A DNA stretch of 64,000 bases from an uncultured virus (IMG/VR IMGVR_UViG_3300021197_001384). Lineage: Duplodnaviria; Heunggongvirae; Uroviricota; Caudoviricetes. The notes under the pieces were generated by a model. That model did not search any database. It was given only the letters and a program-made list of their open reading frames with translations, and had not been told where the DNA came from. The translations under genes and the position numbers were made by a program. The stretch lies in the IMG/VR virus record IMGVR_UViG_3300021197_001384, one strand, 5' to 3'. This document shows positions 49,361 through 58,280 of the stretch, piece after piece. Every line of letters starts with the position of its first letter. Position 1 is the stretch's first letter.

Positions 49361-49988
49361 CCCTGTGGGCGAAGAGTGGGTGGTCACTTATATATTTTAT
49401 AGGGGCTTGGGGTCGGAAGACAGCCCCCCCCTCCCCCCGCTCGGTGAAGAGTGGAGGAAGGGGAAGCTGCCCTCACTGGGTGGTCACTTATTTTACAGTG
49501 CGCCGGAGCCGTGAGTTGTGCCAATCGACGCTCGGTGAGTCCCCCTGTTATGACGTCGGTTCTGATGATGGCACGGCAGTCAGGGAGTAAACTTTCGGCC
49601 GTCCCTGAATTTTGAGCTGTGTAGGGCGCATCTTTGACGTCCAGTAACAGCAACCGATGGTGGAATGAACAGAGCCTCTTGGTGCCGTCGGTCGATGATC
49701 GCGGGGCAAAAAGAAACCCGAGGGCGTGCTGGCACCTCGGGCTTCAAATTGGTCTCGGGAGACCGGAAAAGGGATCGGAGAGTCAGCACGAACCTCGATT
49801 AGGAGCGTCCTCACATGCGCGGGGGGATCAATAATAAAATGCGGGTTGAGGCACCTTTTCTTGAATCCTCATATAATTAGGGCATAAAATAAATGCTTGA
49901 CCTTGTTTTGGGCTGCGGCTTTAGTGGCATTCCCTTCGGGGAAAAACAACAACTGAAACGGCCAAGAGGCCACCAACAAGAAAGTATC

Positions 49989-50384
49989 ATGAGCAATATC
50001 ACTGAAGTAAACACCACCCAACTGAAGCATCTGGTTGGAGCCTTGGGCCTGACGCAGGCCGAGGAGTATGAGATGTCGAATGAGAAGTTCCTGTATGCCT
50101 TCGAGCAGCTGGGAGGGGAGTTCTACTCCATCGATTCCACTGGGGCGAAGGAGTGGGTTGAGCTGGTCGAGCGTAAGCTGGAGCGGCTCTTGAAGGAGCG
50201 TGATGAGCGCAAGCAGGAGGTGATCGAGTTTGCACCCACATGGGAATATGCTGCGACGATCCACATGATGGTCCTACGCAATCCAGATGCCGATGCCCGT
50301 GCGGTGAGCAATGCCGAGGCTGAGATCAAGCGGATGGCGAAGATGGCCGATGCTTACTCCAAGCTTGTAAAGGAGGGCAAATAA
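49989..50384 (+). CDS. hypothetical early protein
   Basis: ATG after GAAAGTATC leader. Confidence 0.7.
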   Translation: MSNITEVNTTQLKHLVGALGLTQAEEYEMSNEKFLYAFEQLGGEFYSIDSTGAKEWVELVERKLERLLKERDERKQEVIEFAPTWEYAATIHMMVLRNPDADARAVSNAEAEIKRMAKMADAYSKLVKEGK

Positions 50385-50385
50385 G

Positions 50386-50544
50386 ATGCCTGAGAACAAC
50401 CGCACCCTGACCTTTGAACTGACCGACTGTGATCACTGCAAAGCCTACGCTGAACTGGTCCGCAGCTGCACCGACGCTGGCCTGCCGTTCAAGATCTGGA
50501 ACGTTGGCACGGCGGCCATCATCAAAATCGGGGAGGGCTACTAA
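50386..50544 (+). CDS. small early protein with CxxC (52 aa, not in ORF track)
   Basis: MPENNRTLTFELTDCDHCKAY..; GGAGG upstream; fills the gap exactly. Confidence 0.6.
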   Translation: MPENNRTLTFELTDCDHCKAYAELVRSCTDAGLPFKIWNVGTAAIIKIGEGY

Positions 50545-50545
50545 G

Positions 50546-50788
50546 ATGATCAGAACGATTGACGTATTGGTTCCGAACCCCACCAACCCAGACGGTGATG
50601 ACATCGTGCTGATGGCTGACGTAGAAGTGATTCGTGAGCGTGTTACGGCCCCCTGCCATACAAGCTGGGTGGAGGGTCATGTGGAGATCCTGAGCGTGCT
50701 CGACCACGCTGAGGACGATGTGACCAAGTGGGCCATCGAGCAACACGCAGACGACATCGTCCACGCAGCATTGGAGGCCGGACTATGA
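50546..50788 (+). CDS. hypothetical early protein
   Basis: GGAGG upstream; tightly packed. Confidence 0.6.
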   Translation: MIRTIDVLVPNPTNPDGDDIVLMADVEVIRERVTAPCHTSWVEGHVEILSVLDHAEDDVTKWAIEQHADDIVHAALEAGL

Positions 50789-51006
50789 ACTGGGGCACCG
50801 AATATCTGCTCCACCATCTGGGCAAGGCTACGGCCACCCTGCGTGACGTCCCTCGGGGCACTCCGAGGCATCGCAAGAGCATGTTCCTGCAGGCGATGGT
50901 CTCCCACTCCATGTGGCTGCAGGAGTCCACTGGATCTGGCAATCGGGCCAAGCGCAGGCTGCAGCATGACCGCTGGCTGATGATGAACCGCGAGCTGTAT
51001 GGCTGA
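50785..51006 (+). CDS. hypothetical early protein
   Basis: ATGA-coupled with GGAGG upstream. Confidence 0.55.
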   Translation: MNWGTEYLLHHLGKATATLRDVPRGTPRHRKSMFLQAMVSHSMWLQESTGSGNRAKRRLQHDRWLMMNRELYG

Positions 51007-51010
51007 GATC

Positions 51011-51093
51011 CTCACCGAGCTGACCTTCGGGTCGGCTCCATGAGCACCTCTGCTCGAAACCAAAACAACTGTAAATCGAAAGTATCAAAAATG
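51011..51093 (+). ncRNA. structured leader element, copy 1 (unknown class)
   Basis: CTCA-CC-GAGCTGACC-TTCG-GGTCGGCTC-CA-TGAG hairpin plus 52-bp repeat 51042-51093 ending at ATG. Confidence 0.6.
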
Positions 51094-51351
51094 TCAGAAG
51101 AATCGAAATTCCTGTTCCTCGTTGCCACCGCAGATCAATGCTGGGGTCGGGGCACCACACCGAAGGAAGCGGCAGGGAAGGCCATCGAGGCCGGTGCTCG
51201 CAAGGCGTCAGCGGCGTGCTGCTACGTCATCGTTGGGGCGAAAGATCCCGAAGAGGTCTGCGTAAACGATGACGGCTGGGTCTGCTGGCCCACTGGGACC
51301 GATGACCACATGTTCCGCGTCAAGCGGGTCAGTGCGCTGCTGGGTTGGTGA
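51091..51351 (+). CDS. hypothetical early protein
   Basis: ORF between the two leader repeats. Confidence 0.7.
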   Translation: MSEESKFLFLVATADQCWGRGTTPKEAAGKAIEAGARKASAACCYVIVGAKDPEEVCVNDDGWVCWPTGTDDHMFRVKRVSALLGW

Positions 51352-51435
51352 TGCTCTCCGAGCCCAGTGACAGTGGGCTCCAAGAGCACCTCCGCTCGAA
51401 ACCAAAACAACTGTAAATCGAAAGTATCAAAAATG
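51352..51435 (+). ncRNA. structured leader element, copy 2 (unknown class)
   Basis: TGCTCT-CC-GAGCCCA-gtgacag-TGGGCTC-CA-AGAGCA hairpin plus 52-bp repeat 51384-51435, one mismatch to copy 1. Confidence 0.6.
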
Positions 51436-52266
51436 ATTAATAACTTAGAATCCTACGCACCTGCAGCCATGACCACTTTTGCCGCTCCTGAGCGCAGTGA
51501 TCGGTATGCCCATCTGACCACCAGTGACGTGGTCGATGTGCTCGCGGCTGATGGGTGGGCATTGAACCGAGCTACCCAGACCAGTGCTCGGAGTGATCGT
51601 GGCAAGCTGCATGGCAAGCATGTGTTGGACTTCCACCATCCTGAGCTGCCAGCGGTCAATGAGGAGTATCGGCCCCGTCTGGTGCTCCAGAACGCCTCGG
51701 ATGGCACCAGTGCGGTTCGGATGTTCGCGGGGTTCTTCCGGTTCGTCTGTGCCAACGGAATGGTCAGTGGAGACGCTGCCATGAGCATGGTGGCACGCCA
51801 TACTGGCAAGGGGCTGCAGGAGGCGGTCGTGACTGGAGCGGCTGAGATCCGTGGCCGGATGGACATGATGCAAGACCGTATCAGCCGCTGGGGCGCCACC
51901 GAGATCAACGCCATCGATGGCATCGAGTTCGCCAAAGCGGCCTGCAAGGTGCGGTGGCCTAAGGCTGAGATGGTTGTCGGTCGTGAGGGCCTCTACGACT
52001 TCCAAGACCACTCCGGTCGCGCCATCGATGTTGTTGGTGCCCTCCGCACCCGTCGTCGCGCTGACGACTCCCACGACCTCTGGTCCGTATTTAACCGGAT
52101 CCAAGAGGCAGTCACCAAGGGATTCGTCAATCAAGCCACCATCCGAGATGGCTACCGCGACATCCGGTCTACCCGTCGCGTCAGCAGCGCGATCCAAGAT
52201 CTCAAGATCAACCGCGAGCTGTGGAACGTAGCCGAAGAAGTGGCCGTGGCCTACGGTGTGAACTGA
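51433..52266 (+). CDS. DUF932/DUF945-family protein
   Basis: RSDRY..T, KH, NASDGTS..AGFFRFVCANG, RRRADD..DLWSVFNRIQE, INRELW. Confidence 0.85.
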   Translation: MINNLESYAPAAMTTFAAPERSDRYAHLTTSDVVDVLAADGWALNRATQTSARSDRGKLHGKHVLDFHHPELPAVNEEYRPRLVLQNASDGTSAVRMFAGFFRFVCANGMVSGDAAMSMVARHTGKGLQEAVVTGAAEIRGRMDMMQDRISRWGATEINAIDGIEFAKAACKVRWPKAEMVVGREGLYDFQDHSGRAIDVVGALRTRRRADDSHDLWSVFNRIQEAVTKGFVNQATIRDGYRDIRSTRRVSSAIQDLKINRELWNVAEEVAVAYGVN

Positions 52267-52326
52267 GTCGAAACACCCTGCGGGGTGTCTGCGGAAACTG
52301 ACCAACCCGCACTGATGAGACGGTCG
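52267..52326 (+). ncRNA. type II hammerhead ribozyme with pseudoknot
   Basis: GUC-GAAA-CACCC ugcg GGGUG-UC/UGCGG..CCGCA-CUGAUGA-GAC; loop I UGACC pairs with 3' GGUCG; predicted cleavage after C52289. Confidence 0.9.
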
Positions 52327-52348
52327 TAACAACAACTGTAATCCAAAA

Positions 52349-52816
52349 ATGAAAATTAATAAGTCCCTTAATAAAACCGAACAACGTCTTCTCGACTTCG
52401 TGACAACGGCAATATCAACGCATCGCCAGCGCCCAGCCTTCCCGCTTAGCGACTTGGTCGCCTCATTCAAGGTCGACAATCGCCTTCCGACGCAGTGCCA
52501 AGATCTCGGCCTCGTGGAAAGGGTTCGCGGTATTGGCTATGTTTGGCGAACCGACGATCCAGTGAAGGCGTTCAACGCGATTTGCGAGCTTCGTAAAAAG
52601 GAGGCGCGACAAAAGCGAGCGCCGGATCAACAGACGCAAACGGTCTTTACGGAAGCGACGACGACCGCTGACGCTGACGCTGATCAGCAAGGGCCGGATC
52701 TTCGCACGCTTGAGACTCAAATCATGGCCATACATGAGCGAATCAGCGACCTCGAAAACACGCTGCTCGACGCTGTTGTCGAGCTCACGAACCAAGTCAT
52801 CGAGATCAAAAAATGA
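52349..52816 (+). CDS. hypothetical protein with C-terminal coiled coil
   Basis: ORF directly after the hammerhead. Confidence 0.65.
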   Translation: MKINKSLNKTEQRLLDFVTTAISTHRQRPAFPLSDLVASFKVDNRLPTQCQDLGLVERVRGIGYVWRTDDPVKAFNAICELRKKEARQKRAPDQQTQTVFTEATTTADADADQQGPDLRTLETQIMAIHERISDLENTLLDAVVELTNQVIEIKK

Positions 52817-52992
52817 AAACCTACTTCCATCAAGCCCACTACGCGCTCAGAAGCGCCCTTTGCAGCGCATTCTACGCCCTTTCCATGTGGTCGGGGCGTC
52901 AGGCTGCCAAAAACTGGCGCAAGGCCGAGAAAGCAGCTTTGGCTGAGACCAATGCCTACCGTCAGCACAAGGAGGTCAGTCGTCATGAGTGA
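52813..52992 (+). CDS. small hypothetical protein (59 aa, not in ORF track)
   Basis: ATGA-coupled, MKTYFHQAHYALRS.. Confidence 0.5.
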   Translation: MKTYFHQAHYALRSALCSAFYALSMWSGRQAAKNWRKAEKAALAETNAYRQHKEVSRHE

Positions 52993-53173
52993 CGTCACGA
53001 ATTATGATGTCATCGTAGCGATGGACAAGTTTGGTGGGGGCTTCGTGAAAGCCTTGGCCGGAGCTGCCCTACGTGCAGACAGTCGCAACCTCGGCCGGAT
53101 CAAGCGAGCGTTCCCCGATTATTGGGAGCAATACACCATCTTAGCCGGTCTGGACAAGGAGGTCTGGCGATGA
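52985..53173 (+). CDS. conserved small phage protein
   Basis: M..FGGGFVKALA.A..RAD..N..RIK.AFP.YW.QY motif; AGGAGG upstream. Confidence 0.7.
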   Translation: MSDVTNYDVIVAMDKFGGGFVKALAGAALRADSRNLGRIKRAFPDYWEQYTILAGLDKEVWR

Positions 53174-53550
53174 GTGCCTTGAAGCCCCGCAAGCGTGGCC
53201 GTCCCTTTGGGACATCCAAGCCCGAGCAACGCAAGACGCTCAGGCGGATGTGGCTTTCCCCCCGGGCTGAGGCTGCAGTGTCCGTCCAGCAGGAAATGCT
53301 GCGTGCCAGCCTGCGGGTGAGGGCGAGCTTCGGTCAGGCTTTTGAGCTGATCGCCATCGCGCAAAGCGAAGGGACCACTCCGCTGGATGTGATGCGCGGT
53401 TTGATAAAGAAGTATGGCCGAAAGCAGATGACTGTGCTGAAATATCTAAATCGACTCAACGATGACTTAGTGGAGCCCGAGGAAGATTCCGATGAGGCGC
53501 CGCTGACGAGTGAAGAGAAAATCAATTTCGAGGATAACGGGTCACTCTGA
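53170..53550 (+). CDS. putative DNA-binding regulator
   Basis: AT-hook-like RKRGRP N-terminus. Confidence 0.55.
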   Translation: MSALKPRKRGRPFGTSKPEQRKTLRRMWLSPRAEAAVSVQQEMLRASLRVRASFGQAFELIAIAQSEGTTPLDVMRGLIKKYGRKQMTVLKYLNRLNDDLVEPEEDSDEAPLTSEEKINFEDNGSL

Positions 53551-53590
53551 TTCGCCCTCAAAACCAAAGACCAAAAAGAAAGATAAAAAA

Positions 53591-54283
53591 ATGAGCTTAA
53601 TCGCTAAAGAATCCGGAGGTTCCGCCTCCTTTGATCCAGTTGCCGCAGGAATGCACCCAGCCCGATGCGTCGGTGTGGTGGATCTGGGCACTCAAGAAAG
53701 TTACGACAAGGCATTTGCGCCGAAGCGCCAAGTGTTGATCACATGGGAGATCCCATCAGAGCGCATCGACATCGATGAGGACGGCAAGACCGTGTCCAAA
53801 CCGAGGTTCATCTCCAACACCTACACGCTGTCGCTGAACGGAATGTCGAACCTGCGCAAGACGCTCGATAGCTGGCGTGGTCGGGCGTTCACGGCCGAGG
53901 AGTTGGAAGGCTGGGATCTGTTCAACATCCTTTCGGCGCCCTGCCTGTTGAACGTGACGCACAAGTCGAGCAAAGATGGGCAGAAGACCTACGCCAACGT
54001 GACCTCGGTGAACCCGTTGCCGAAGGGCATGGACTGCGGCCAGCAGGAATCGGATACGATGAGTTGGTCGATTGATGACCAGCCTGACTGGAAGAGCACT
54101 GCGCTGGAACTGCCGACGAACGTGCCTGAGTGGGTCAGTAAGAAGATCGCGCAGAGCGAGGAATACGTGCAAAGCCATCTGCCGACCGAAGCTCGCAAGA
54201 AGGAGCCCAATCACCTGCAGGACGCCAAGCCTGCCTTCGATGTGAGCACCGGAAGCGACGACGAGGACGAGCCGCCCTTCTGA
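53591..54283 (+). CDS. putative ssDNA-binding protein
   Basis: GMHPARCVGVVDLGTQ..SNLRK.L.SWRG..YANV and acidic tail DDEDEPPF. Confidence 0.65.
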   Translation: MSLIAKESGGSASFDPVAAGMHPARCVGVVDLGTQESYDKAFAPKRQVLITWEIPSERIDIDEDGKTVSKPRFISNTYTLSLNGMSNLRKTLDSWRGRAFTAEELEGWDLFNILSAPCLLNVTHKSSKDGQKTYANVTSVNPLPKGMDCGQQESDTMSWSIDDQPDWKSTALELPTNVPEWVSKKIAQSEEYVQSHLPTEARKKEPNHLQDAKPAFDVSTGSDDEDEPPF

Positions 54284-54307
54284 TCTCGTCTGATCCCTGA
54301 ACCAACA

Positions 54308-54338
54308 GCCCCGCCTCCTTGGATGGAAGCGGGGTTTT
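54308..54338 (+). terminator. probable intrinsic terminator
   Basis: CCCCGC/GCGGGG stem followed by TTTT. Confidence 0.5.
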
Positions 54339-54356
54339 CGGGTGATGAATAACAAT

Positions 54357-54896
54357 ATGAAATCAGAAAACGAAGAAGTCTTCCGGCCCATTGCTGGCTA
54401 TGAAGATCTCTACCTAATCTCCTGCTCCGGTCGAGTTCAATCGTTACCGAGATGGGTCGTCTGCAATGGCGTTATGGCCCTCAGGGATGGACGGATCTTG
54501 AAGGGAAGCTCACATCCTGATCGATACAGGATAGTCGGCCTCTGGCGTGACGGAGTTAGGTGGACAAGTTACATTCACCGACTGGTGGCCCAAGCGTTCC
54601 TGAGTAATCCCGATGGCAAGCCGCAAGTGAACCACATCGATGGAGACAAGGCCAATAACCGGATGGAAAATCTGGAGTGGGTCACTGACCTTGAGAATAA
54701 GCGACATGCCATGGAGACTGGGCTGACAATAAAGGGCGAGGACCACGGTAACTCCAAGCTCACGGAGGAGGAGGTCCTTTACATTCGGAGCAATCCCGAC
54801 GGGCTCACTCAGCGTGAGCTGGCCACCAAGCTGGAAGTCTCCCAATCCGTGATCTGCAACATCCAGCTCGGCAAGACATGGGGGCACGTTCAATGA
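54357..54896 (+). CDS. NUMOD4-HNH homing endonuclease
   Basis: PIAGYEDLY.IS..GRV.S; HRLVAQAF..QVNHIDGDKANN..NLEWVT; C-terminal HTH. Confidence 0.9.
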   Translation: MKSENEEVFRPIAGYEDLYLISCSGRVQSLPRWVVCNGVMALRDGRILKGSSHPDRYRIVGLWRDGVRWTSYIHRLVAQAFLSNPDGKPQVNHIDGDKANNRMENLEWVTDLENKRHAMETGLTIKGEDHGNSKLTEEEVLYIRSNPDGLTQRELATKLEVSQSVICNIQLGKTWGHVQ

Positions 54897-55117
54897 GCCG
54901 AGCGCATCTCGCCGCCGTCACCCTGACCGTCACTTTCTGTGGCATCGTGCCGAAGGGAGTCACGGCAGGTGGTCCCAAGGCTTGGCTCAAGCAGCGGGTC
55001 CGGCACATGAATTTGGAGATCGAAGGCTTCGTCCAAGTGGACCGAGTAGCCGAGATCTCCGTCAACCCAGAGCCGGTCGAACTGCCACCAGCTCATCAAC
55101 TCAACCCAGAAAAATAA
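54893..55117 (+). CDS. hypothetical protein
   Basis: ATGA-coupled ORF. Confidence 0.5.
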   Translation: MSRAHLAAVTLTVTFCGIVPKGVTAGGPKAWLKQRVRHMNLEIEGFVQVDRVAEISVNPEPVELPPAHQLNPEK

Positions 55118-55122
55118 GCACC

Positions 55123-55632
55123 ATGCACATCATCAAAGTCAGTCATTCCCGAAAGAGCATCTCCGTCACCTTCACCGTCGAAGACGAGAAGCGAGTCATC
55201 GTCAGTCACGACAACCCATTGCCGTCCTTCGCGAAGGCGTTCCACCCATTGCCCAAGGTAGCCTGTGGGCTGCTGGAGCTTCCGGATTCCTACGCCGATG
55301 GCATGAAGATCACTGGCATCCAGATCCAGACCAAGGGTGGGAATGAGCACGTCATCCTGACTGGCACCAAGGATCTCCCTGATTCCAGTCAGCTCTTCAG
55401 GTTCTCAACTCCTCCCCGCTTGCTTGAGCAGCCGGTGGAGGAGGGGAAATACTCTCCCCCGATCAGCGACAAGCAGGCTGACCTGATTGCCGATGCGCTC
55501 CATGAGGTGGCCAAGTATGCTCGCGGCGAGCGAGCGCAGGGCCAACTGGATCTGGAGGACGACGACGACAAGTCGGAGGCCACCAAGGCTGCTGCTGATT
55601 CCGAAGGCCAAGAGGTCATGGCAGGAGTCTGA
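55123..55632 (+). CDS. hypothetical protein
   Basis: 169-aa ORF with YARGERAQGQL tail. Confidence 0.65.
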   Translation: MHIIKVSHSRKSISVTFTVEDEKRVIVSHDNPLPSFAKAFHPLPKVACGLLELPDSYADGMKITGIQIQTKGGNEHVILTGTKDLPDSSQLFRFSTPPRLLEQPVEEGKYSPPISDKQADLIADALHEVAKYARGERAQGQLDLEDDDDKSEATKAAADSEGQEVMAGV

Positions 55633-55698
55633 GTTCAGTGCCTGCCGGTGGGCCTAAGCACCGGCACCAATTTCACCCAAACAACTGAAAGGAAAATC

Positions 55699-56166
55699 AT
55701 GAAGACAACGATAGGAGAACATATGGCCAAGGCCGTGGTCGCAGACTACGCCAAGGGCAAGCGATACAACGAGGCGCAGCTGGCCAAGAGACTGGACGAG
55801 CTGGTCATGCAATACCGAGCGGTGGAGGAGGCCCCCAAGGTAAAGAGCATCTGGGACGTGAGCTCTCTCGACATCTACAACGCCTACCCTCGCAGGGTAG
55901 CGAAGACGGCCGCACTGAAGGCGATTGGCAAGGCGATGATGGGCTGGCCTCATGATATGCTGCTGGAGCGCACTGAGGCGTTCAAGGAAGCCACGGACAA
56001 GTGGCCTGAGGGGGACCGCAAGTTCATCCCGCACCCGAGCACGTGGTTCAACAACGAGGGGTTCGACGAGGATCCCAAGGAGTGGGTCCGCAAGAGCGAC
56101 GAGCAACTGAAGCAGGAGCGCCGTGAGGCCAAGGCGAGTGAACCCACCAACTACGAGGTCTTCTGA
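55699..56166 (+). CDS. replisome organizer/initiator-like protein
   Basis: YNAYPRRVAK..A.KA..FIPHPSTWFN..F.D motif directly before a DnaC-like ATPase. Confidence 0.7.
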   Translation: MKTTIGEHMAKAVVADYAKGKRYNEAQLAKRLDELVMQYRAVEEAPKVKSIWDVSSLDIYNAYPRRVAKTAALKAIGKAMMGWPHDMLLERTEAFKEATDKWPEGDRKFIPHPSTWFNNEGFDEDPKEWVRKSDEQLKQERREAKASEPTNYEVF

Positions 56167-56972
56167 TGAATATCCCTGACAACGTGATTCCCTTTGCTGA
56201 CATTGGATTGGATGAGTTCGGGGGCATGAGCCCCCAGCAGATCGGAACGATCCCAGCCGATGAGAACTGGTCCCCCCTGAAGGAGGAGATCGAGGTGACC
56301 TGCCGAGTCTGCGAGCGGGAGAAGTTCCGAGCGGTTCGATTTCTTGCCGGTAAGATGGCCTGCCCTAGCTGCTGCGATGCCCATGAGCTGGAGGATTTGA
56401 AGAACCAGTGCAGGGTGGCGTGGGAGCGGCTTGCTCCGTCCATGTTTCGGGAGACCGATGTGAAGCATCCTGACTTCCCGAAGGGGATCTGGAAGGAGCT
56501 GAAGGCCAGTTGGGATCTCAACGAGAGTTTGGTGCTCTACGGCCCGACTGGTGCAGCGAAGACCCGGGTGGCCATGCTGCTGCTGCAGTGGGCAATGTTC
56601 AAAGGAAAGACCGTGGACGCGATCTGGCCGGAAGAACTGGTGGAGTTTGCCAAGGGCCGTGATCGTCTGAAGAAGATCCAGAGCCTTGGTTCCAACAACG
56701 TGCTGCTGCTCGATGATGCTCTGCTGACTGGTGCGGCCGATGAACGGGTGGCCAGCTTCTGTAAGGACATTATAGATTTTTCCCAGCGCCATGGGAACTC
56801 CATCATCATCACCACGCAGGTGGGTGGCGAAGCCTACAAGCAAGCTAGTGACAAGTGGGAGAACGCCACGAAGGCCGACAGGGAGCGCATTGAGGCCCTG
56901 CTCAGGCGCATTCGGCAGGTGGGCAGAGTGATCCCCTTCGTGCAGCCTGACAAAGACGAGGAGAGCTTCTAA
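56166..56972 (+). CDS. DnaC/IstB-like AAA+ helicase loader
   Basis: Two CxxC motifs, Walker A GPTGAAKT, Walker B LLLDD, IITTQ. Confidence 0.8.
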   Translation: MNIPDNVIPFADIGLDEFGGMSPQQIGTIPADENWSPLKEEIEVTCRVCEREKFRAVRFLAGKMACPSCCDAHELEDLKNQCRVAWERLAPSMFRETDVKHPDFPKGIWKELKASWDLNESLVLYGPTGAAKTRVAMLLLQWAMFKGKTVDAIWPEELVEFAKGRDRLKKIQSLGSNNVLLLDDALLTGAADERVASFCKDIIDFSQRHGNSIIITTQVGGEAYKQASDKWENATKADRERIEALLRRIRQVGRVIPFVQPDKDEESF

Positions 56973-56973
56973 T

Positions 56974-57246
56974 ATGAAAATAAAGGAGATTCAGCATGAA
57001 CCTCTGCGCTACTGGGCATCGAGCAGCACCCGCAACATGACCTACGTGGTCGATCTTTCGGAGAACGAGGGCAATGGGTCTTGCTCCTGCGCTGACTTCA
57101 TCACCCGAAGGAACCAAGCCATCCAGCAGGGGGAGGAGTTGTTCACCCGCAAGACCAGCTGCAAGCACCTGCTTGCGGTGCGCAAGCACTTCCTGAAGAC
57201 CACCCTGCGCGAGATGGCGAGGATCATCAACAAGGGAGGACGGTGA
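56974..57246 (+). CDS. SWIM zinc-finger protein
   Basis: YVVDL..CSCADF..CKHL. Confidence 0.75.
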   Translation: MKIKEIQHEPLRYWASSSTRNMTYVVDLSENEGNGSCSCADFITRRNQAIQQGEELFTRKTSCKHLLAVRKHFLKTTLREMARIINKGGR

Positions 57247-57599
57247 CCTACGATCACGATGGGAAGCTGATCCGGTTTGACCTGAACGGGAAGCGGGTGA
57301 GCGGCACGGTGGTGAAAACCCATGACCGTCGCCATGTCACCGTCCGTGGCAGGTCAGGCAAGACCGTGAAGGTGGACATGCTCGACCAGCATGGCGTGGT
57401 TGCCTTGCCCAGTGGGTTGGAGGTCACCACCATTTGGAATGAGGATCACCCACCGAATGGAGTGCCTGCTGATCGGGCTGAGTTTCATCGTGCTGTCGAT
57501 GATCCTCCTGCGCCTGCTGTGGCTCCTGCTCCAACTCTAAAGCCTGCGCGTCCTGCTCAGGCACCAACAACAACAACTGAGCAAATGATATTCTTATGA
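57243..57599 (+). CDS. hypothetical protein
   Basis: GTGA-coupled ORF with SH3-like N-terminus and Pro/Ala tail. Confidence 0.55.
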   Translation: MTYDHDGKLIRFDLNGKRVSGTVVKTHDRRHVTVRGRSGKTVKVDMLDQHGVVALPSGLEVTTIWNEDHPPNGVPADRAEFHRAVDDPPAPAVAPAPTLKPARPAQAPTTTTEQMIFL

Positions 57600-58084
57600 A
57601 TCACACCAACACACAGGCCAAGATCCTGAGCCTCGACTTAGCAACCACCACGGGGTGGGCCTTCATTGCCAACGGTGTCGTGGATCATGGAGCCCAGAGC
57701 TTCAAGCTCGGCACCAAGAAGGCAGACCCGAAGCATGCTGGGCTGCCCTTCGCCCAGTTCGACCACTGGATTGCCAATCGCATCAGGGACTACAAGCCTG
57801 AGCTGATCGTCTACGAGGAAGTCCGCAGGTGGATGAGCAGCAGTGCTGCATGGGCCTTCTGTGGCTTCCGTGCCACGATGCTAATGCATGCTGCTCGAAA
57901 CGGCATCGAGTGCATCGGCTACAGTCCGACCACTATCAAGAAGTTCGCCACTGGTAGCGGTGCTGCGAACAAGAAGAAGATGATCGAGACGGCCAAGATG
58001 CGTTGGCCTGACGAGCAGTTCGCTTCGGACGATGCGGTGGATGCGTTGTTCCTGCTGCATCTCCATCTGGCAGGAGCCCCATAA
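57596..58084 (+). CDS. ruvC: RuvC-like Holliday junction resolvase
   Basis: ILSLDLATTTGWA, IVYEE, PTTIKKFATGSG.A.K..M, DDAVDAL. Confidence 0.88.
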   Translation: MNHTNTQAKILSLDLATTTGWAFIANGVVDHGAQSFKLGTKKADPKHAGLPFAQFDHWIANRIRDYKPELIVYEEVRRWMSSSAAWAFCGFRATMLMHAARNGIECIGYSPTTIKKFATGSGAANKKKMIETAKMRWPDEQFASDDAVDALFLLHLHLAGAP

Positions 58085-58229
58085 GCCGTGGTCCTGTCCA
58101 TTTCTAGGCCATTTCCAGCCCATACTGGGGTCTAGGTATAGGCTGGACACTAGAACCGCCTTAATTTACGTCCGTTACCCAGAGAAGGCTATAGCGAGGA
58201 AACGTCCGAGTAGAATACGACGCTAACGG

Positions 58230-58277
58230 GTTTTCTACCCCCGTCACCTGTTACCGCAGGGGCGGGGGTTTTTCTTT
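58230..58277. terminator. terminator between convergent operons
   Basis: ACCCCCGTC.CCTG/CAGGGGCGGGGGT stem followed by a T-rich tract. Confidence 0.7.
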
Positions 58278-58280
58278 GGA

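Noticed and set aside
49555..49610. Other CTGATGA occurrences (also near 124, 672, 40108, 50977, 56163) as hammerheads
   Set aside because: No matching GAAA and stem architecture; most are coding or gene junctions
51042..51435. Canonical hammerheads or mini-CRISPR at the 52-bp repeats
   Set aside because: GAAAC follows a hairpin but there is no CUGANGA core; the spacing holds a whole ORF
51445..52479. 344-aa - strand ORF
   Set aside because: Antisense to the clear DUF932 gene
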